Part shown: piece after piece, positions 9,364 through 19,901 of the stretch
Layout of the letters: each line of letters starts with the position of its first letter
How positions within the stretch are numbered: the stretch's first letter is position 1
Source: an uncultured Alphaproteobacteria bacterium
GTDB lineage: Bacteria > Pseudomonadota > Alphaproteobacteria > Rhizobiales > Beijerinckiaceae
Direction: 5' to 3'
Length of the DNA stretch: 64,000 bases
NCBI GenBank assembly: GCA_963798515.1
Contig: CAWCTS010000039.1
Span: forward strand, 4,873-68,872
Program-made: the position numbers and the translations under genes
The notes under the pieces: model-generated
The model's input: the letters and a program-made list of their open reading frames with translations, nothing else
Database searches by the model: none
What the model was told of the DNA's origin: nothing

Positions 9364-10914
9364 ATGCACGATCTCGACGTTGCGACTTTATCACGTCTGC
9401 AATTCGCGCTGACCGCGCTCTATCACTTTCTCTTCGTGCCTTTGACCCTCGGCCTTTCCTGGCTGCTCGCGATCATGGAGAGCGTCTATGTGATGACCGG
9501 ACGCACGGTCTGGCGCGACGCGACGAAATTCTGGGGCACGTTGTTTGGGATCAATTTCGCGATGGGCGTCGCGACCGGCGTGACGATGGAATTCCAATTC
9601 GGCACGAATTGGAGCTATTACGCGCATTATGTCGGCGACGTTTTCGGCACGCCGCTCGCCATAGAAGGCATCCTTGCCTTCTTCCTGGAGGCGACCTTCG
9701 TCGGCCTCTTCTTCTTCGGCTGGAACCGACTCTCCAAGGTGCAGCATCTCGCGACGACCTGGCTCGTGGCGCTCGGCAGCAATCTTTCGGCGCTGTGGAT
9801 TCTCGTCGCCAACAGCTGGATGCTCAATCCCGTCGGGGCCGAATTCAATCCGCAGACGATGCGCATGGAGCTGACTTCCTTCGCCGAGGTCCTGTTCAAT
9901 CCGGTCGCGCAGTCGAAATTCGTGCATACGGTCAGCGCCGGCTATGTGACCGGCGCGATGTTCGTGCTCTCTATCAGCGCCCTCTACATTCTGCAGCGTC
10001 GCCATGTGGATCTGGCGCGCCGCTCCTTTACGGTGGCGGCGAGCTTCGGCCTCGCCTCGGCGCTGTCCGTCGTCGTGCTCGGTGACGAGAGCGGCTACAC
10101 TGCCGGGCGCAGTCAGAAGATGAAGATCGCGGCGATCGAGGCGATGTGGGAGACCGAGCCCGCTCCGGCTTCCTTCACCGCCGTCGGCCTGCCCGACCTC
10201 AAGACGGAGACGACCCGCTATGCGGTCGAGATTCCCTGGCTGCTGGGCCTCATCGCGACGCGCTCGCTCGACACGCCGGTCGAGGGCATTCATCCGCTCG
10301 TCGCCGAGACCGAAAATCACATCCGCAACGGGCTGCCGGCCTATAAGTGGCTGCAGACGGCCGGCGGCGGAACGGAGTCCATCCCTCCCAATCTCAAAGA
10401 GTCCTTCTCCGATCTGGGCTACGCCCTGCTGCTCAAGGGCGTGAGGGCGGACGCGGAGAATGCGACGGCGCAGGACATCAAGAAAGCCGCGCGTTCGACC
10501 ATTCCCGACGTGCCCGTGCTGTTCTGGGCCTTTCGCATCATGGTCGCGCTGGGATTCTATTTCATCGCGCTCTTCGGCTGGTCCTTCTACATCTCGAGCC
10601 GCCGTCGCATTCGGGCCTCCCGACGTTTCCTACACGTCGTCCTGTGGAGCCTGCCCTTGCCTTGGGTCGCCGCCGAGGTTGGCTGGATCGTCGCCGAATA
10701 TGGCCGCCAGCCGTGGATAATCGACGGCGTGATGCCGACCTTCCTCGGCGTCTCGAACATACCCGCGAGCAATGTCGTGGCGAGCCTCGCCGGCTTCTTT
10801 GTCTTCTACAGCGCGCTGGCCGTCGTCGAGCTCGCGCTGATGCTCAAATACATCCGCCTCGGGCCGGAAACCGCGGATCATGGGATCGAGCCCCTGCCTG
10901 CCCCTGCCGAGTGA
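9364..10914 (+). CDS. cydA: Cytochrome bd ubiquinol oxidase subunit I (long Q-loop)
   Basis: LSRLQFALTALYHFLFVPLT, MEFQFGTNW, KFVHT, KIAAIEAMW, FRIMV, GRQPW. Confidence 0.97.
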   Translation: MHDLDVATLSRLQFALTALYHFLFVPLTLGLSWLLAIMESVYVMTGRTVWRDATKFWGTLFGINFAMGVATGVTMEFQFGTNWSYYAHYVGDVFGTPLAIEGILAFFLEATFVGLFFFGWNRLSKVQHLATTWLVALGSNLSALWILVANSWMLNPVGAEFNPQTMRMELTSFAEVLFNPVAQSKFVHTVSAGYVTGAMFVLSISALYILQRRHVDLARRSFTVAASFGLASALSVVVLGDESGYTAGRSQKMKIAAIEAMWETEPAPASFTAVGLPDLKTETTRYAVEIPWLLGLIATRSLDTPVEGIHPLVAETENHIRNGLPAYKWLQTAGGGTESIPPNLKESFSDLGYALLLKGVRADAENATAQDIKKAARSTIPDVPVLFWAFRIMVALGFYFIALFGWSFYISSRRRIRASRRFLHVVLWSLPLPWVAAEVGWIVAEYGRQPWIIDGVMPTFLGVSNIPASNVVASLAGFFVFYSALAVVELALMLKYIRLGPETADHGIEPLPAPAE

Positions 10915-10929
10915 AAGGAGACGCGACCG

Positions 10930-12069
10930 ATGATCGATTACGGAACCCTGCGTCTCATCTGGTGGGCGTTGATCGGCGTGCTGCTCATCGGCTTTGCGAT
11001 CCTCGACGGCTTCGACATTGGCGTGGCCATTCTGCATCCCTTCGTCGCGCGCAAGGACGTCGAGCGCCGGGTGACGATGAGCGCGATCGGCCCGGTCTGG
11101 GAGGGCAATCAGATCTGGTTCGTGCTCGGCGGCGGCGCGGTCTTCGCCGCCTGGCCGCTGCTCTACTCCGTTTCCTTCTCAGGCTTCTATCTCGCGATGA
11201 TGTTGGTGCTCGTCGGCTTCATCCTGCGGCCGGTGGCGCTGACCTATCGCTCGAAGCGGCCGTCGCCCCGCTGGCGCTCCTTTTGGGACTGGGCCTTCTT
11301 CGTCTCTGGGCTCATTCCCGCGCTCGTCTTCGGCGTCGCCTTCGGCAACCTGCTTCTGGGATCGCCCTTCCATTTCGAGAGAGGGCTCAATGTCGTCTAT
11401 GAGGGCGGCTTCCTCGGCCTCCTCAATCCCTTCGCGCTGCTTTGCGGTCTGGTCAGCGTCGCGATGCTGACCTTGCAGGGCGGGAGTTTCCTCGCCTCCA
11501 AGACGCAAGGCGTGGTGGCGGCGCGCTCGCGCCGCGTCGGGGCGGTCGCGGGGGTCCTGCTCGCCTTGCTCTTCGCCCTCGCTGGCGTCCTGGTCGCCAA
11601 GGTCATCGAGGGCTATGTCTGGGTGGGCGCGGCGGACTGGGAAGCTCCGTCCAACCCGACACTGAAGACCGTCACGCGCGAGGCGGGCGCCTGGCTCGCC
11701 AATTACGGCCGCGCGCCCTTCACGCGCGCCTTTCCGATCCTTGGGCTCCTCGGGGCGGTCGTGGCGGCTACGACGCTGCAGCTTGGTTACGCCCGGACGG
11801 CGCTCGTCTCGAGCAGCCTCGCCATCGCCGGGGTCATTCTCACGGCGGGGGTGAGCCTCTTCCCCTTCCTCATGCCCTCGTCGAGCCACCCAAACCACAG
11901 CCTCGCCGTCTGGGACTCCTCTTCCAGCCGCTCGACGCTGTTCCTGATGCTTGGCGTCGTGGTCGTCTTTCTGCCGATCGTCCTCGCTTACACTTTTTGG
12001 GCCTATCGGGTGTTTCGCGGCCTCGTCACCGAGGCGTCGATCCTGCAGGGCGACGATTACCACTACTGA
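10930..12069 (+). CDS. cydB: Cytochrome bd oxidase subunit II
   Basis: LDGFDIG, GPVWEGNQIW, FAAWP, C-terminal YTFWAYRVF. Confidence 0.97.
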   Translation: MIDYGTLRLIWWALIGVLLIGFAILDGFDIGVAILHPFVARKDVERRVTMSAIGPVWEGNQIWFVLGGGAVFAAWPLLYSVSFSGFYLAMMLVLVGFILRPVALTYRSKRPSPRWRSFWDWAFFVSGLIPALVFGVAFGNLLLGSPFHFERGLNVVYEGGFLGLLNPFALLCGLVSVAMLTLQGGSFLASKTQGVVAARSRRVGAVAGVLLALLFALAGVLVAKVIEGYVWVGAADWEAPSNPTLKTVTREAGAWLANYGRAPFTRAFPILGLLGAVVAATTLQLGYARTALVSSSLAIAGVILTAGVSLFPFLMPSSSHPNHSLAVWDSSSSRSTLFLMLGVVVVFLPIVLAYTFWAYRVFRGLVTEASILQGDDYHY

Positions 12070-12083
12070 AGGAGGCGCGGGCG

Positions 12084-12242
12084 ATGTGGTATTTTTCCTG
12101 GATTCTCGGTCTCGGCCTCGTTTGCGCCTTCGCGATCCTCAACGCGATGTGGCTCGAGCTCGAGGTCTACAGCGACGAGAGAAGCGAAGAGGCCCTCCCG
12201 CCGCCGCCCGGCGGCGAGACTGGAAAGCAATCTCAAAATTAG
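12084..12242 (+). CDS. cydX: Cytochrome bd oxidase small subunit CydX
   Basis: MWYFSWILGLGLVCAFAILNAMWLE after an AAGGAGG RBS, directly downstream of cydB. Confidence 0.93.
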   Translation: MWYFSWILGLGLVCAFAILNAMWLELEVYSDERSEEALPPPPGGETGKQSQN

Positions 12243-12793
12243 GTCGCGCCGCGCCGCTCGAGCGTGACGAAGGCGTAATCGGCGTCGTCTGTCTCGCCGC
12301 GCGCCTGCGGCTGTCTCGCCGTCTCGCGCCAATCGCCGGAATCGAAGGCTTGCAGAAAGGCGTCGCCGTCCGGGGCGAGATCGATCTCGGTCAATTCGAT
12401 GCGATCCGTCGCAGCGAGAAGCGCCCGATAGATCTCGGCGCCGCCGCCGATGCAGATTTCCCCCGCGCCGGAGCCCCGAGCAATCTCCTGCGCAAGCGCG
12501 AGCGCCGCTTCGGGGCTCTGGGCGACATGCGCTCCCGGCGCCGAAAATCCGAGGTCGCGCGTCACGATCACGAGCTCGCGCCCCGGCAGGGCGCGCGGCA
12601 GCGCCTCGAAGGTGCGCCGCCCCAAAATCAGGGGCTTGCCCATCGTCAGGGCCTTGAAGCGCTTGAGATCGCCCGATATGCGCCAGGGCAGCGCGCCCTG
12701 GGCGCCGATGACGCCGTTCCGCGCCACGGCGACGATCGCGACGACTTGCGGCTTGTCGCCAGTCCGTCCGGGATTTTCGCTGGCCGCGCCCAT
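12239..12793 (-). CDS. folA: Dihydrofolate reductase
   Basis: AVARNGVIG, LPWRISGDLKRFKALTMGKP, GRRTFE, LPGR, IGGGAEIY, GDAF. Confidence 0.92.
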   Translation of the reverse strand: MGAASENPGRTGDKPQVVAIVAVARNGVIGAQGALPWRISGDLKRFKALTMGKPLILGRRTFEALPRALPGRELVIVTRDLGFSAPGAHVAQSPEAALALAQEIARGSGAGEICIGGGAEIYRALLAATDRIELTEIDLAPDGDAFLQAFDSGDWRETARQPQARGETDDADYAFVTLERRGAT

Positions 12794-13000
12794 GTTCCTT
12801 GATCCTTATCAAGTTGTTGTCCCTAAAGCCAATCGGCGCTCGACCAGCTGGTAACCCTTTTTCAATAATCTGTCGTTAAGGATAAGGATCGGGAAAGCCG
12901 CCTGGAGCTTAACGCCGGTTTTTCGACACGAACCGACCTTATTCTCGTCCCGAGCGCGATTGAGATTGCCGTGCAGTGGGAAAAGTCCGGAGGGTCCTTT

Positions 13001-13297
13001 ATGCGTTCGAAGCCGTCGACCCAGAAGAAAATTGGCGAACAGATCGGCAAGGAGCTGAGGGCGATCTACGACGTCGTTCTCAACGAGCCGATGCCTGATC
13101 GCTTCCGAGTCCTCGTGGATCGGTTGGGCGAGGAGCTCGCCTCGGCGGCGCCTGTTTGCGGGCCGGCCTCGAGCCTCGCGGCGGCCAGCCGACTCCCTCG
13201 TGGAAGCGTGCGCGTTCCTGAAATCGTTCGGTCGCTGCCGCGCGGCGCGACGCGTCTCGAGCGCGTCTGGAGCGGCCGACGCTTCGAGAAAAATTGA
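13001..13297 (+). CDS. NepR-like anti-sigma-factor domain protein
   Basis: IGKELRAIYDVVLNEPMPDRFRVLVDRL matches the NepR core; GGAGG RBS. Confidence 0.75.
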   Translation: MRSKPSTQKKIGEQIGKELRAIYDVVLNEPMPDRFRVLVDRLGEELASAAPVCGPASSLAAASRLPRGSVRVPEIVRSLPRGATRLERVWSGRRFEKN

Positions 13298-13454
13298 GCT
13301 AACGCAAAGGAATACGGACCTTCGCCCAGTCCTGTCGAGGATGGCGGCTGAGCCTCGCTGAGGCGTGCGACCCCATGCCACGCTTTTTTTACGCCGTCTC
13401 AGGATAAACGAGTCGCTTCCACCGCGGACAAAGCCGCGCAGTTTCGGAGCGACC

Positions 13455-14510
13455 ATGTCCGAGGCCCCGGATAAATTCGCCTCGCCGGGGGCTTTCAGGA
13501 TGGCCCTGGCCCTCTCGGTCTTCCTGCACCATACGACGAGCTTCAACATCGGCATGTCGGCGGTGCTGGTTTTCTTCGTGCTGAGCGGCTATTGGGTCGC
13601 GACCATGTGGGCCGCGACCTATTCGAAGACGCGCGCGCCCTATCTGACCTTCATCGTCTCGCGCTGCTGGCGCATCATTCCCGTCTTCGCGCTCTGCTCC
13701 GCCATCACCTGGGGGCTGCTGTATTGGCGCGGCGAGCATCCCGCCAATATCGGCGGGCTGGCGCATCAGATTTTCTCCAATCTCTTCATCCTCGGCTACA
13801 ACACGCTGCCCTATCAGGCGAATGTGCCGGGCTGGTCGCTTGACATGGAGCTGCAGTTCTATCTGATCGCGCCGCTTGTCATCTTTCTCATCTCGAAGAG
13901 CATCCACGTCCTCGCCGTCTTCGTTCTGACCACGGTGCTCTCGCAATGGCTCGGCGGCGCGGCGACGGTCGCGCCCTTCATCATCTTCTTCGCAATCGGC
14001 GTCGCCTCGGCCGTCTATGATCTGAAGCCGAGCCGCAGGCTCGCCTATGGGACGCTCTCGCTGACGCTCGCATTGCTCGTGATCTTCGAGGCGCTGTTCA
14101 TCAAGAACATCGCGCTGGGCGAGCTGCAGGGCAAGGATCTCGTGGCCTTGAGCAGCACGAGCAATCTCCTCGTCGCGGTGATGATGACGCCTTGGGCGCT
14201 TTATACGGTGCGACAGAGGAGCGGCTGGGTCGACCGGATGTTCGGCGACCTGACTTATATTTTCTACCTGATGCACTGGCCCATCATCGGCTTGAATCAG
14301 ACCGGAGAGGGCACCTACTGGAATCGTCTGTGGCTCTGTTCGGAATCGCTGGTCGTGATCATGGCGGTTTCCTTCGTGATCTGGCGGGTCTTCGACCATC
14401 CGGTCAACAAATGGCGCGCCGCCTGGGTCAAGAGCCGAAGGCTGCCGTCGGCGGCTCCTGAGGCGCGAGCCCAAGGCGAAGAGGCGGCGGGCGCTTGGCG
14501 TGAGAGCTGA
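13455..14510 (+). CDS. Acyltransferase-3 (OafA-like) membrane protein
   Basis: FRMALALSVFLHH, VFFVLSG, RCWRIIP, WSLDMELQFY, YLMHWP; many TM segments. Confidence 0.87.
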   Translation: MSEAPDKFASPGAFRMALALSVFLHHTTSFNIGMSAVLVFFVLSGYWVATMWAATYSKTRAPYLTFIVSRCWRIIPVFALCSAITWGLLYWRGEHPANIGGLAHQIFSNLFILGYNTLPYQANVPGWSLDMELQFYLIAPLVIFLISKSIHVLAVFVLTTVLSQWLGGAATVAPFIIFFAIGVASAVYDLKPSRRLAYGTLSLTLALLVIFEALFIKNIALGELQGKDLVALSSTSNLLVAVMMTPWALYTVRQRSGWVDRMFGDLTYIFYLMHWPIIGLNQTGEGTYWNRLWLCSESLVVIMAVSFVIWRVFDHPVNKWRAAWVKSRRLPSAAPEARAQGEEAAGAWRES

Positions 14511-14564
14511 AATCGGCTTCACTCCCCGCCGCGTCATGCATGAGAAGCCAGGAGGGCTCGCGCC

Positions 14565-15086
14565 GTGAAGATCAAGGACCGCCCGGAATTCGCAAAGAAG
14601 CCCCAGGCTTTCTCGCTCAAGCGCGAGGAGACGGTTGCGAGCGCGGTCAAGACGATGGTCGAGCGCAACATCGGCTCGGTCGTCATCGTCGACGACGATT
14701 TGAAGGTTCAGGGCATTGTGACGGAGCGCGATATTCTGCGCTTCGTCGCCGACGGCCTCGATCCGAAGGCCACGCCGCTCTCGAACGTCATGTCGACGCA
14801 GATCAAGACGGCCAGGCTCGACGACGACGACATGAAATGGCTGCAGCTCATGTCGGGCGAGCGCTTTCGGCATTTGCCCATCGTCGACGAGAACGACCGG
14901 CTGATCGGCATTCTGTCGCAGGGCGATTTCGTCGCCCAGACCTGGGAGGATTTGCTGCTGCTCGTCCGCAAGAAGACGGAGGAGACGTTCAAGAAGCCCT
15001 CCGCGCAGATCGTCGGCGCGCTCGTTCTCTATACACTCGCGATCATTGTGATGTCGCGGTTCTGGCAGGGGTTTTCGTTTCGCTAG
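14565..15086 (+). CDS. CBS-domain protein with a C-terminal TM helix
   Basis: GIVTERD, RHLPIVD, GILSQGD; hydrophobic C-terminus. Confidence 0.88.
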   Translation: MKIKDRPEFAKKPQAFSLKREETVASAVKTMVERNIGSVVIVDDDLKVQGIVTERDILRFVADGLDPKATPLSNVMSTQIKTARLDDDDMKWLQLMSGERFRHLPIVDENDRLIGILSQGDFVAQTWEDLLLLVRKKTEETFKKPSAQIVGALVLYTLAIIVMSRFWQGFSFR

Positions 15087-15425
15087 CCGCGCTGTCGGGG
15101 CCGGTCGGCCCGTCGGGTCTCTCTCTGGTAGACCTATTCATTTTGCAGGAAGCGCGCGGGAGGCGGACAGAGTCGGGGAGGACTCCTGTCATCGGGGGCA
15201 AAGAACCGGTCCGCACCCCGCGCCAGAGGATCGGATCAAATCCGGCGCCAAATCCTGAGCCATAAAACTCAGCCTCTTACGTCGATACTGAGCCATTGGG
15301 CTCGCCTCATTTTGCAAATTGCGAGTGAATATGCGTCTCCCAGCTCGACAGCGGCCTTGGCCCGCCGGCCTGGACGGGGAAGCGCTTTTGTGGCATCCGC
15401 ATGAAATCGAGCCTGGTGGAGAAAC

Positions 15426-15752
15426 ATGGCCCAGTTCAACGACATTCCGCTGCATGAATTGCAGCAGGGCATCGCCGACGGCACGCTGACTCTCGTCGAC
15501 GTGCGCGAGCAGGACGAATGGAACGCCGGTCATATCAAGGGCGCGCATTTCCTGCCGCTTTCGAGATTCGACCCGGCCAAGCTGCCGGCCCCCGAGCCCG
15601 GCAAGAAGATCGTGATCTACTGCCGCTCCGGCAAGCGCTCGGTTTCCGCGATGGAGCAGGCCCGGCTCGGTGGACGCCGCGATTGCGACACGCATTTCGG
15701 CGGCGGTATCCTAGGCTGGCTCAACGCTGGGCTCGAGGTGGAGAAGCCCTAA
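15426..15752 (+). CDS. Rhodanese-like sulfurtransferase
   Basis: VDVRE, GHIKGA, YCRSGKRS, GGILGW. Confidence 0.9.
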   Translation: MAQFNDIPLHELQQGIADGTLTLVDVREQDEWNAGHIKGAHFLPLSRFDPAKLPAPEPGKKIVIYCRSGKRSVSAMEQARLGGRRDCDTHFGGGILGWLNAGLEVEKP

Positions 15753-16732
15753 CCCCATAGCGCCGGCGCCGCCGGAAAAACCATTGGCCCCTCATAAACG
15801 AGCCCCGGCTCGCGGTCGCTCGCCAGCAGCAGCGGCCCGTCGAGGTCGACCCAATCCGCCGACTGGCCGATCAGCATCGCCGGCGCCATGGCGAGCGAGC
15901 TGCCCACCATGCAGCCGGCCATGATCCTGAGGCCCAAGCCCCGGGCCTCTTTCACCATTTCCAGCGCCTCGGTCAGGCCGCCGGTCTTGTCGAGCTTGAT
16001 GTTGACCGCGTCATAGCGGTCGCAAAGAGCTTCCAGATCTTCGCGGGCATGGACGCTCTCGTCTGCGCAGACCGGCACGGGGCGGGCGATCCTGGCCAGG
16101 AGCCCGTCCGCTCCGGCGGGCAGCGGCTGCTCAATGAGATCGACCCCGATCTTAGCGCAAAGCGCGAAATTCTGTTCGAGATCCGCCTCGCGCCAAGCCT
16201 CGTTGGCGTCGACGATGAAGCGCGCCCGCGGCGCCCCGGCGCGCACCGCCGCGAGCCGCTCGGCGTCGCCATCGCCCGCGAGCTTCACCTTGAGCAGAGG
16301 CCATGCGGCGGCGGCCTCGGCGGCGGCGAACATTTCGTCAGGCGTGTCGACAGAAATGGTGAGGGCCGTGACGAGCGGCCTCAACGCTTCAACTCCCGCG
16401 ATCCAGGCCACAGGACGGCCGGCGCGCTTCGCCTCGAGGTCGAAGAAAGCGCAGTCCAGCGCATTGCGCGCCGCGCCCGGCGGAAGAAGATTCTGCAACG
16501 CGGCGCGGTCCGCGCCCCCCTTCAGCGCTCCGCGCAAACCTTCTATCGCGGCGACGACGCCGTCAACGCTCTCGCCATAACGGGCGTAGGGCACGCATTC
16601 CCCGCGCCCGCGATGCGCGCGGTCGGTTAGCGTGACAGTCACGACGCGCGCCTCCGTCTTCGCGCCGCGCGCGATGACGAAACGCCCCGCGATCGGGAAG
16701 ACGTCAATGTCGACGTTCAGCTCATATCCCAT
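15749..16732 (-). CDS. dgcA: N-acetyl-D-Glu racemase DgcA / L-Ala-D/L-Glu epimerase (enolase superfamily)
   Basis: GECVPYARYGES, KVK, DANE, EQP, ADES, NIKLDKTGGLT, DLDGP. Confidence 0.85.
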   Translation of the reverse strand: MGYELNVDIDVFPIAGRFVIARGAKTEARVVTVTLTDRAHRGRGECVPYARYGESVDGVVAAIEGLRGALKGGADRAALQNLLPPGAARNALDCAFFDLEAKRAGRPVAWIAGVEALRPLVTALTISVDTPDEMFAAAEAAAAWPLLKVKLAGDGDAERLAAVRAGAPRARFIVDANEAWREADLEQNFALCAKIGVDLIEQPLPAGADGLLARIARPVPVCADESVHAREDLEALCDRYDAVNIKLDKTGGLTEALEMVKEARGLGLRIMAGCMVGSSLAMAPAMLIGQSADWVDLDGPLLLASDREPGLVYEGPMVFPAAPALWG

Positions 16733-16890
16733 CTGAGGCCCGCTTCTATCGGCTGCGACTGCCGCGTATCGCTCGGCGTGCTCGCGCGCCGCTCGACATG
16801 GGGCATCGGCGAAGCTAAGAGGATTCGCAAGCGTTTATAGCGCCTGAAGGCTTCTTCAGCGCGGGCGGCGGCAGGGCGCAGCGAGGCGCA

Positions 16891-18036
16891 ATGACGGGCA
16901 CAGTCGCGACGCAGTCGCCAGAGATCTCCGGCCAGGCGAGCGGGGACGCGCGTCGCTTCGCGCTGAGCGGCGCGTGGACGATCGGCGCCGCGCGCCGGCT
17001 CGAGCGCGCCTCGCAGGATCTCGTCAAGCGCGGCCGCGGCGCGCGCTCCGTGGCGCTCGACCTCTCCTCGCTCCATCATCTCGACACCGCGGGCGCGCTG
17101 GCGCTCAACGACGCTCGCCACGCGCTCGAGGCGGCCGGCGTCTCAGCCTCGATCGAAGGCGCGACCGCGGAGCAGATCCTGCTCCTCGACCGCGTCGGCT
17201 ATCGCGACTCTCCGCCGGCGGGCCGGCCGCCCAACGCCGTCCTCGAGACGCTCGCGGACCTCGGCGAGCAGATCGTGCAGGGCGCTCGCGACGCCCTCGT
17301 GCTTGTCGGCTTTCTGGGCGAATTCGTCGCGGCGATCGCGCGCGTCATTCAAAAACCGCGGCTCTTTCGTGGGGTCTCCGTCGTCTATCAGATGGAGAAT
17401 TTCGCGCTACGCAGCATTCCGATCATCGTCACGATCAACATGACAGTCGGCGGAATCGTCGCGCAGCAGGGGATCTACGAGCTCCTGCGCTTTGGCGCGA
17501 GCATCTATGTCGTCGATCTCGTGGGCATATTGGTGCTGCGCGAGCTCGGCGTGCTGCTCACCTCCATCATGATCGCCGGCCGCTCCGGCTCCGCGATCAC
17601 GGCGGAGATCGGCTCGATGAAGGTGCGCGAGGAGGTGGACGCGCTACGCTCCATGGGCATGTCGCCAATGGAGGTGCTCGTCATCCCGCGCATCCTGGCG
17701 CTCGTCTTCTCGCTGCCGATCCTGACCTTCATCGCCGATATATCGGCGCTTTTTGGCGCCATACTGATGTCCTGGTGGTATGGCGGCATCAGCCCTTCGG
17801 AATTCATCGGACTGCTGCAGACCGCCGTGAGCGAAAGGACCTTTTCGGTCGGACTGATCAAGGCGCCCTTCATGGGGCTCGTGATCGGCCTCATCGCGAC
17901 GCAGGAGGGGCTTGCGACGCAGGGCTCCGCCGAGTCGCTTGGTTGGCGGGTCACGGCCTCCGTCGTGAAAAGCATCTTCACCGTCATCATTCTCGACGGC
18001 TTGTTTGCGATGTTCTTTACCGCGATCAACTATTGA
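16891..18036 (+). CDS. mlaE: MlaE-family lipid ABC transporter permease with N-terminal STAS domain
   Basis: LDTAGA (STAS), LRELG, AGRSGSAITAEIGSMKVREEVDAL. Confidence 0.9.
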   Translation: MTGTVATQSPEISGQASGDARRFALSGAWTIGAARRLERASQDLVKRGRGARSVALDLSSLHHLDTAGALALNDARHALEAAGVSASIEGATAEQILLLDRVGYRDSPPAGRPPNAVLETLADLGEQIVQGARDALVLVGFLGEFVAAIARVIQKPRLFRGVSVVYQMENFALRSIPIIVTINMTVGGIVAQQGIYELLRFGASIYVVDLVGILVLRELGVLLTSIMIAGRSGSAITAEIGSMKVREEVDALRSMGMSPMEVLVIPRILALVFSLPILTFIADISALFGAILMSWWYGGISPSEFIGLLQTAVSERTFSVGLIKAPFMGLVIGLIATQEGLATQGSAESLGWRVTASVVKSIFTVIILDGLFAMFFTAINY

Positions 18037-18119
18037 GGAGCGGCGTGGCGCGCTTCTCCCTCGAACGTCCTTCGAGGCCGGAGGCTTCGCGGCGTCGATA
18101 CGCTTTCTAGAGGAGCAAG

Positions 18120-18962
18120 ATGGACGCGGCGCGCGCGACGAACGGCGGGGAGGAGGAGGAGCGAAACCGCGAGGTCGTCATTCGCGTGCGCGATCTCGTC
18201 GTCGAGTTCGGCCGACACAGGGTCATGAAGGGCCTCGACCTCGACGTCTATCGCGGCGAGGTGCTGGGCTTCGTCGGCGGCTCGGGCCAGGGCAAATCCG
18301 TGCTGACGCGCGCCATTCTCGGGCTGCTGCACAAGAGCTCGGGACGCATCGAGGTTTTTGGCCAGGACCGCGACCGCCTGAGCGAAAGGGATCTGCGTCT
18401 TCTCGAGCGGCGCTGGGGCGTGCTGTTTCAAAATGGGGCGCTGTTCTCGGGACTGACCGTCAAGCAGAACATCCAGCTTCCCATGCGCGAGAGCTTCGAT
18501 CTTTCGCAGCGTTTCATGGATGAGCTCGCCATGCTCAAAATCGAGCTCGTCGGCCTGCCAGCGAGCGCCGCGGACAAAATTCCGTCCGAATTGTCGGGCG
18601 GAATGGTCAAGCGCGCCGCGCTAGCGCGAGCCCTGGCGCTCGACCCGGAACTGCTGTTCCTCGACGAGCCAACCTCGGGCCTCGATCCGATCGGCGCGGC
18701 CGCGTTCGACCGGCTCATCGGCACGCTGCAAAAAACGCTCGGGCTGACGGTCTTCATGGTCACACACGATCTCGACAGTCTCTATGCGATCTGCGACCGC
18801 GTCGCGGCGCTCTATGACGGCAAGGTGATTGGAGAAGGCCCCATCGACAAGCTCTTGGCCTCCAGCGAGCCCTGGCTGCGCGACTATTTCCACGGGGAGC
18901 GGGGAAGCCGGCTTCTCGCGACGCGCGGCCTGGGTTCCGGCGCGTCGGAAGGAAGGGACTGA
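18120..18962 (+). CDS. mlaF: MlaF-family ABC ATP-binding protein
   Basis: GGSGQGKS, LFQNGALF, ELSGGM, LFLDEPTSGLDP, VTHD. Confidence 0.9.
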   Translation: MDAARATNGGEEEERNREVVIRVRDLVVEFGRHRVMKGLDLDVYRGEVLGFVGGSGQGKSVLTRAILGLLHKSSGRIEVFGQDRDRLSERDLRLLERRWGVLFQNGALFSGLTVKQNIQLPMRESFDLSQRFMDELAMLKIELVGLPASAADKIPSELSGGMVKRAALARALALDPELLFLDEPTSGLDPIGAAAFDRLIGTLQKTLGLTVFMVTHDLDSLYAICDRVAALYDGKVIGEGPIDKLLASSEPWLRDYFHGERGSRLLATRGLGSGASEGRD

Positions 18963-18965
18963 GGC

Positions 18966-19871
18966 ATGGAAACCCGAGCCAGCTTTGCCGCGATCGGCGC
19001 CCTGGCGCTCGCCGTGGCCTTCGGCGCCTTCGCCTTCGTCTATTGGGTCGCCGGGCCGAGCAAGGTCGCGGAGACCAAGACATATCAGGTCATCGTGCGC
19101 GGCTCCGTCGACGGGCTGGCGCGCGGCAGCGCGGTGCAGTTCAACGGGCTGAAGGTCGGCGAGGTCACGCGCCTTCAGATTGACGACAAGGACCCCGGCC
19201 TCGTCGATCTCCTCATCAGCATCGACAAGAAGACGCCCGTCAAGACCGACACGCGGGTGCGGCTCGAGCAGCGTCTTCTGACCGGCGTCGCCATCGTCTC
19301 GCTCGTAGGCGCGACGCCCGAGGCGCCGCCGCTCGTCGCCAAGCCTGGCGAGACCTATCCGCAGATCGCCGCCGAGCCCTCGGAAATGCGGAGTCTCATG
19401 GAGAATGTGCAGCAACTCTCCACGCGCGCCGGCAATGTGCTGGAGAAGCTCGACAAGCTCATCGACGAGAATTCCGACTCGATTTCGGCCTCGATGAAAA
19501 ACATAGAGACCTTCAGCAAGACGCTCGCCGACAACAGCGAGCCAACCGCGAGCCTGATCAAGGATTCCGCCGCCTTCATGCACACGCTGCGACCGGTGGC
19601 GGAGAAATTCGATCATCTCATCGCGAGCGCTGACAAGACCGTCAAGGCGCTCGATCCGAAGACCGTGAAGAACATCGCCGACAATCTCGCGGGGCTTTCG
19701 GAGAACATCAATAAGTTCACGCAGACGGGCCTACCCCAATATCAGCAGCTCGCCATCGACGCGCGCCGCGCCGTCGACACGCTCAGTAAAGCCGCGCGCA
19801 ATTTCGAACGCGACCCGTCCCAGGTCATCTTCGGGCCGAGCTCGGCGCTGCCGGAAGTGCAGGGTCGCTGA
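18966..19871 (+). CDS. mlaD: MlaD/MCE-family substrate-binding protein
   Basis: METRA N-terminal TM, GSVDGL..GSAVQFNGLKVG MCE motif, helical tail. Confidence 0.88.
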   Translation: METRASFAAIGALALAVAFGAFAFVYWVAGPSKVAETKTYQVIVRGSVDGLARGSAVQFNGLKVGEVTRLQIDDKDPGLVDLLISIDKKTPVKTDTRVRLEQRLLTGVAIVSLVGATPEAPPLVAKPGETYPQIAAEPSEMRSLMENVQQLSTRAGNVLEKLDKLIDENSDSISASMKNIETFSKTLADNSEPTASLIKDSAAFMHTLRPVAEKFDHLIASADKTVKALDPKTVKNIADNLAGLSENINKFTQTGLPQYQQLAIDARRAVDTLSKAARNFERDPSQVIFGPSSALPEVQGR

Positions 19872-19901
19872 TGAAGACGAGGGGCGATGGCCTCCGCTCT
19901 T

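Noticed and set aside
15391-15406. Sigma54 promoter upstream of the rhodanese gene (TGGCATCCGCATGAAA)
   Set aside because: Lacks the -12 GC at the required spacing
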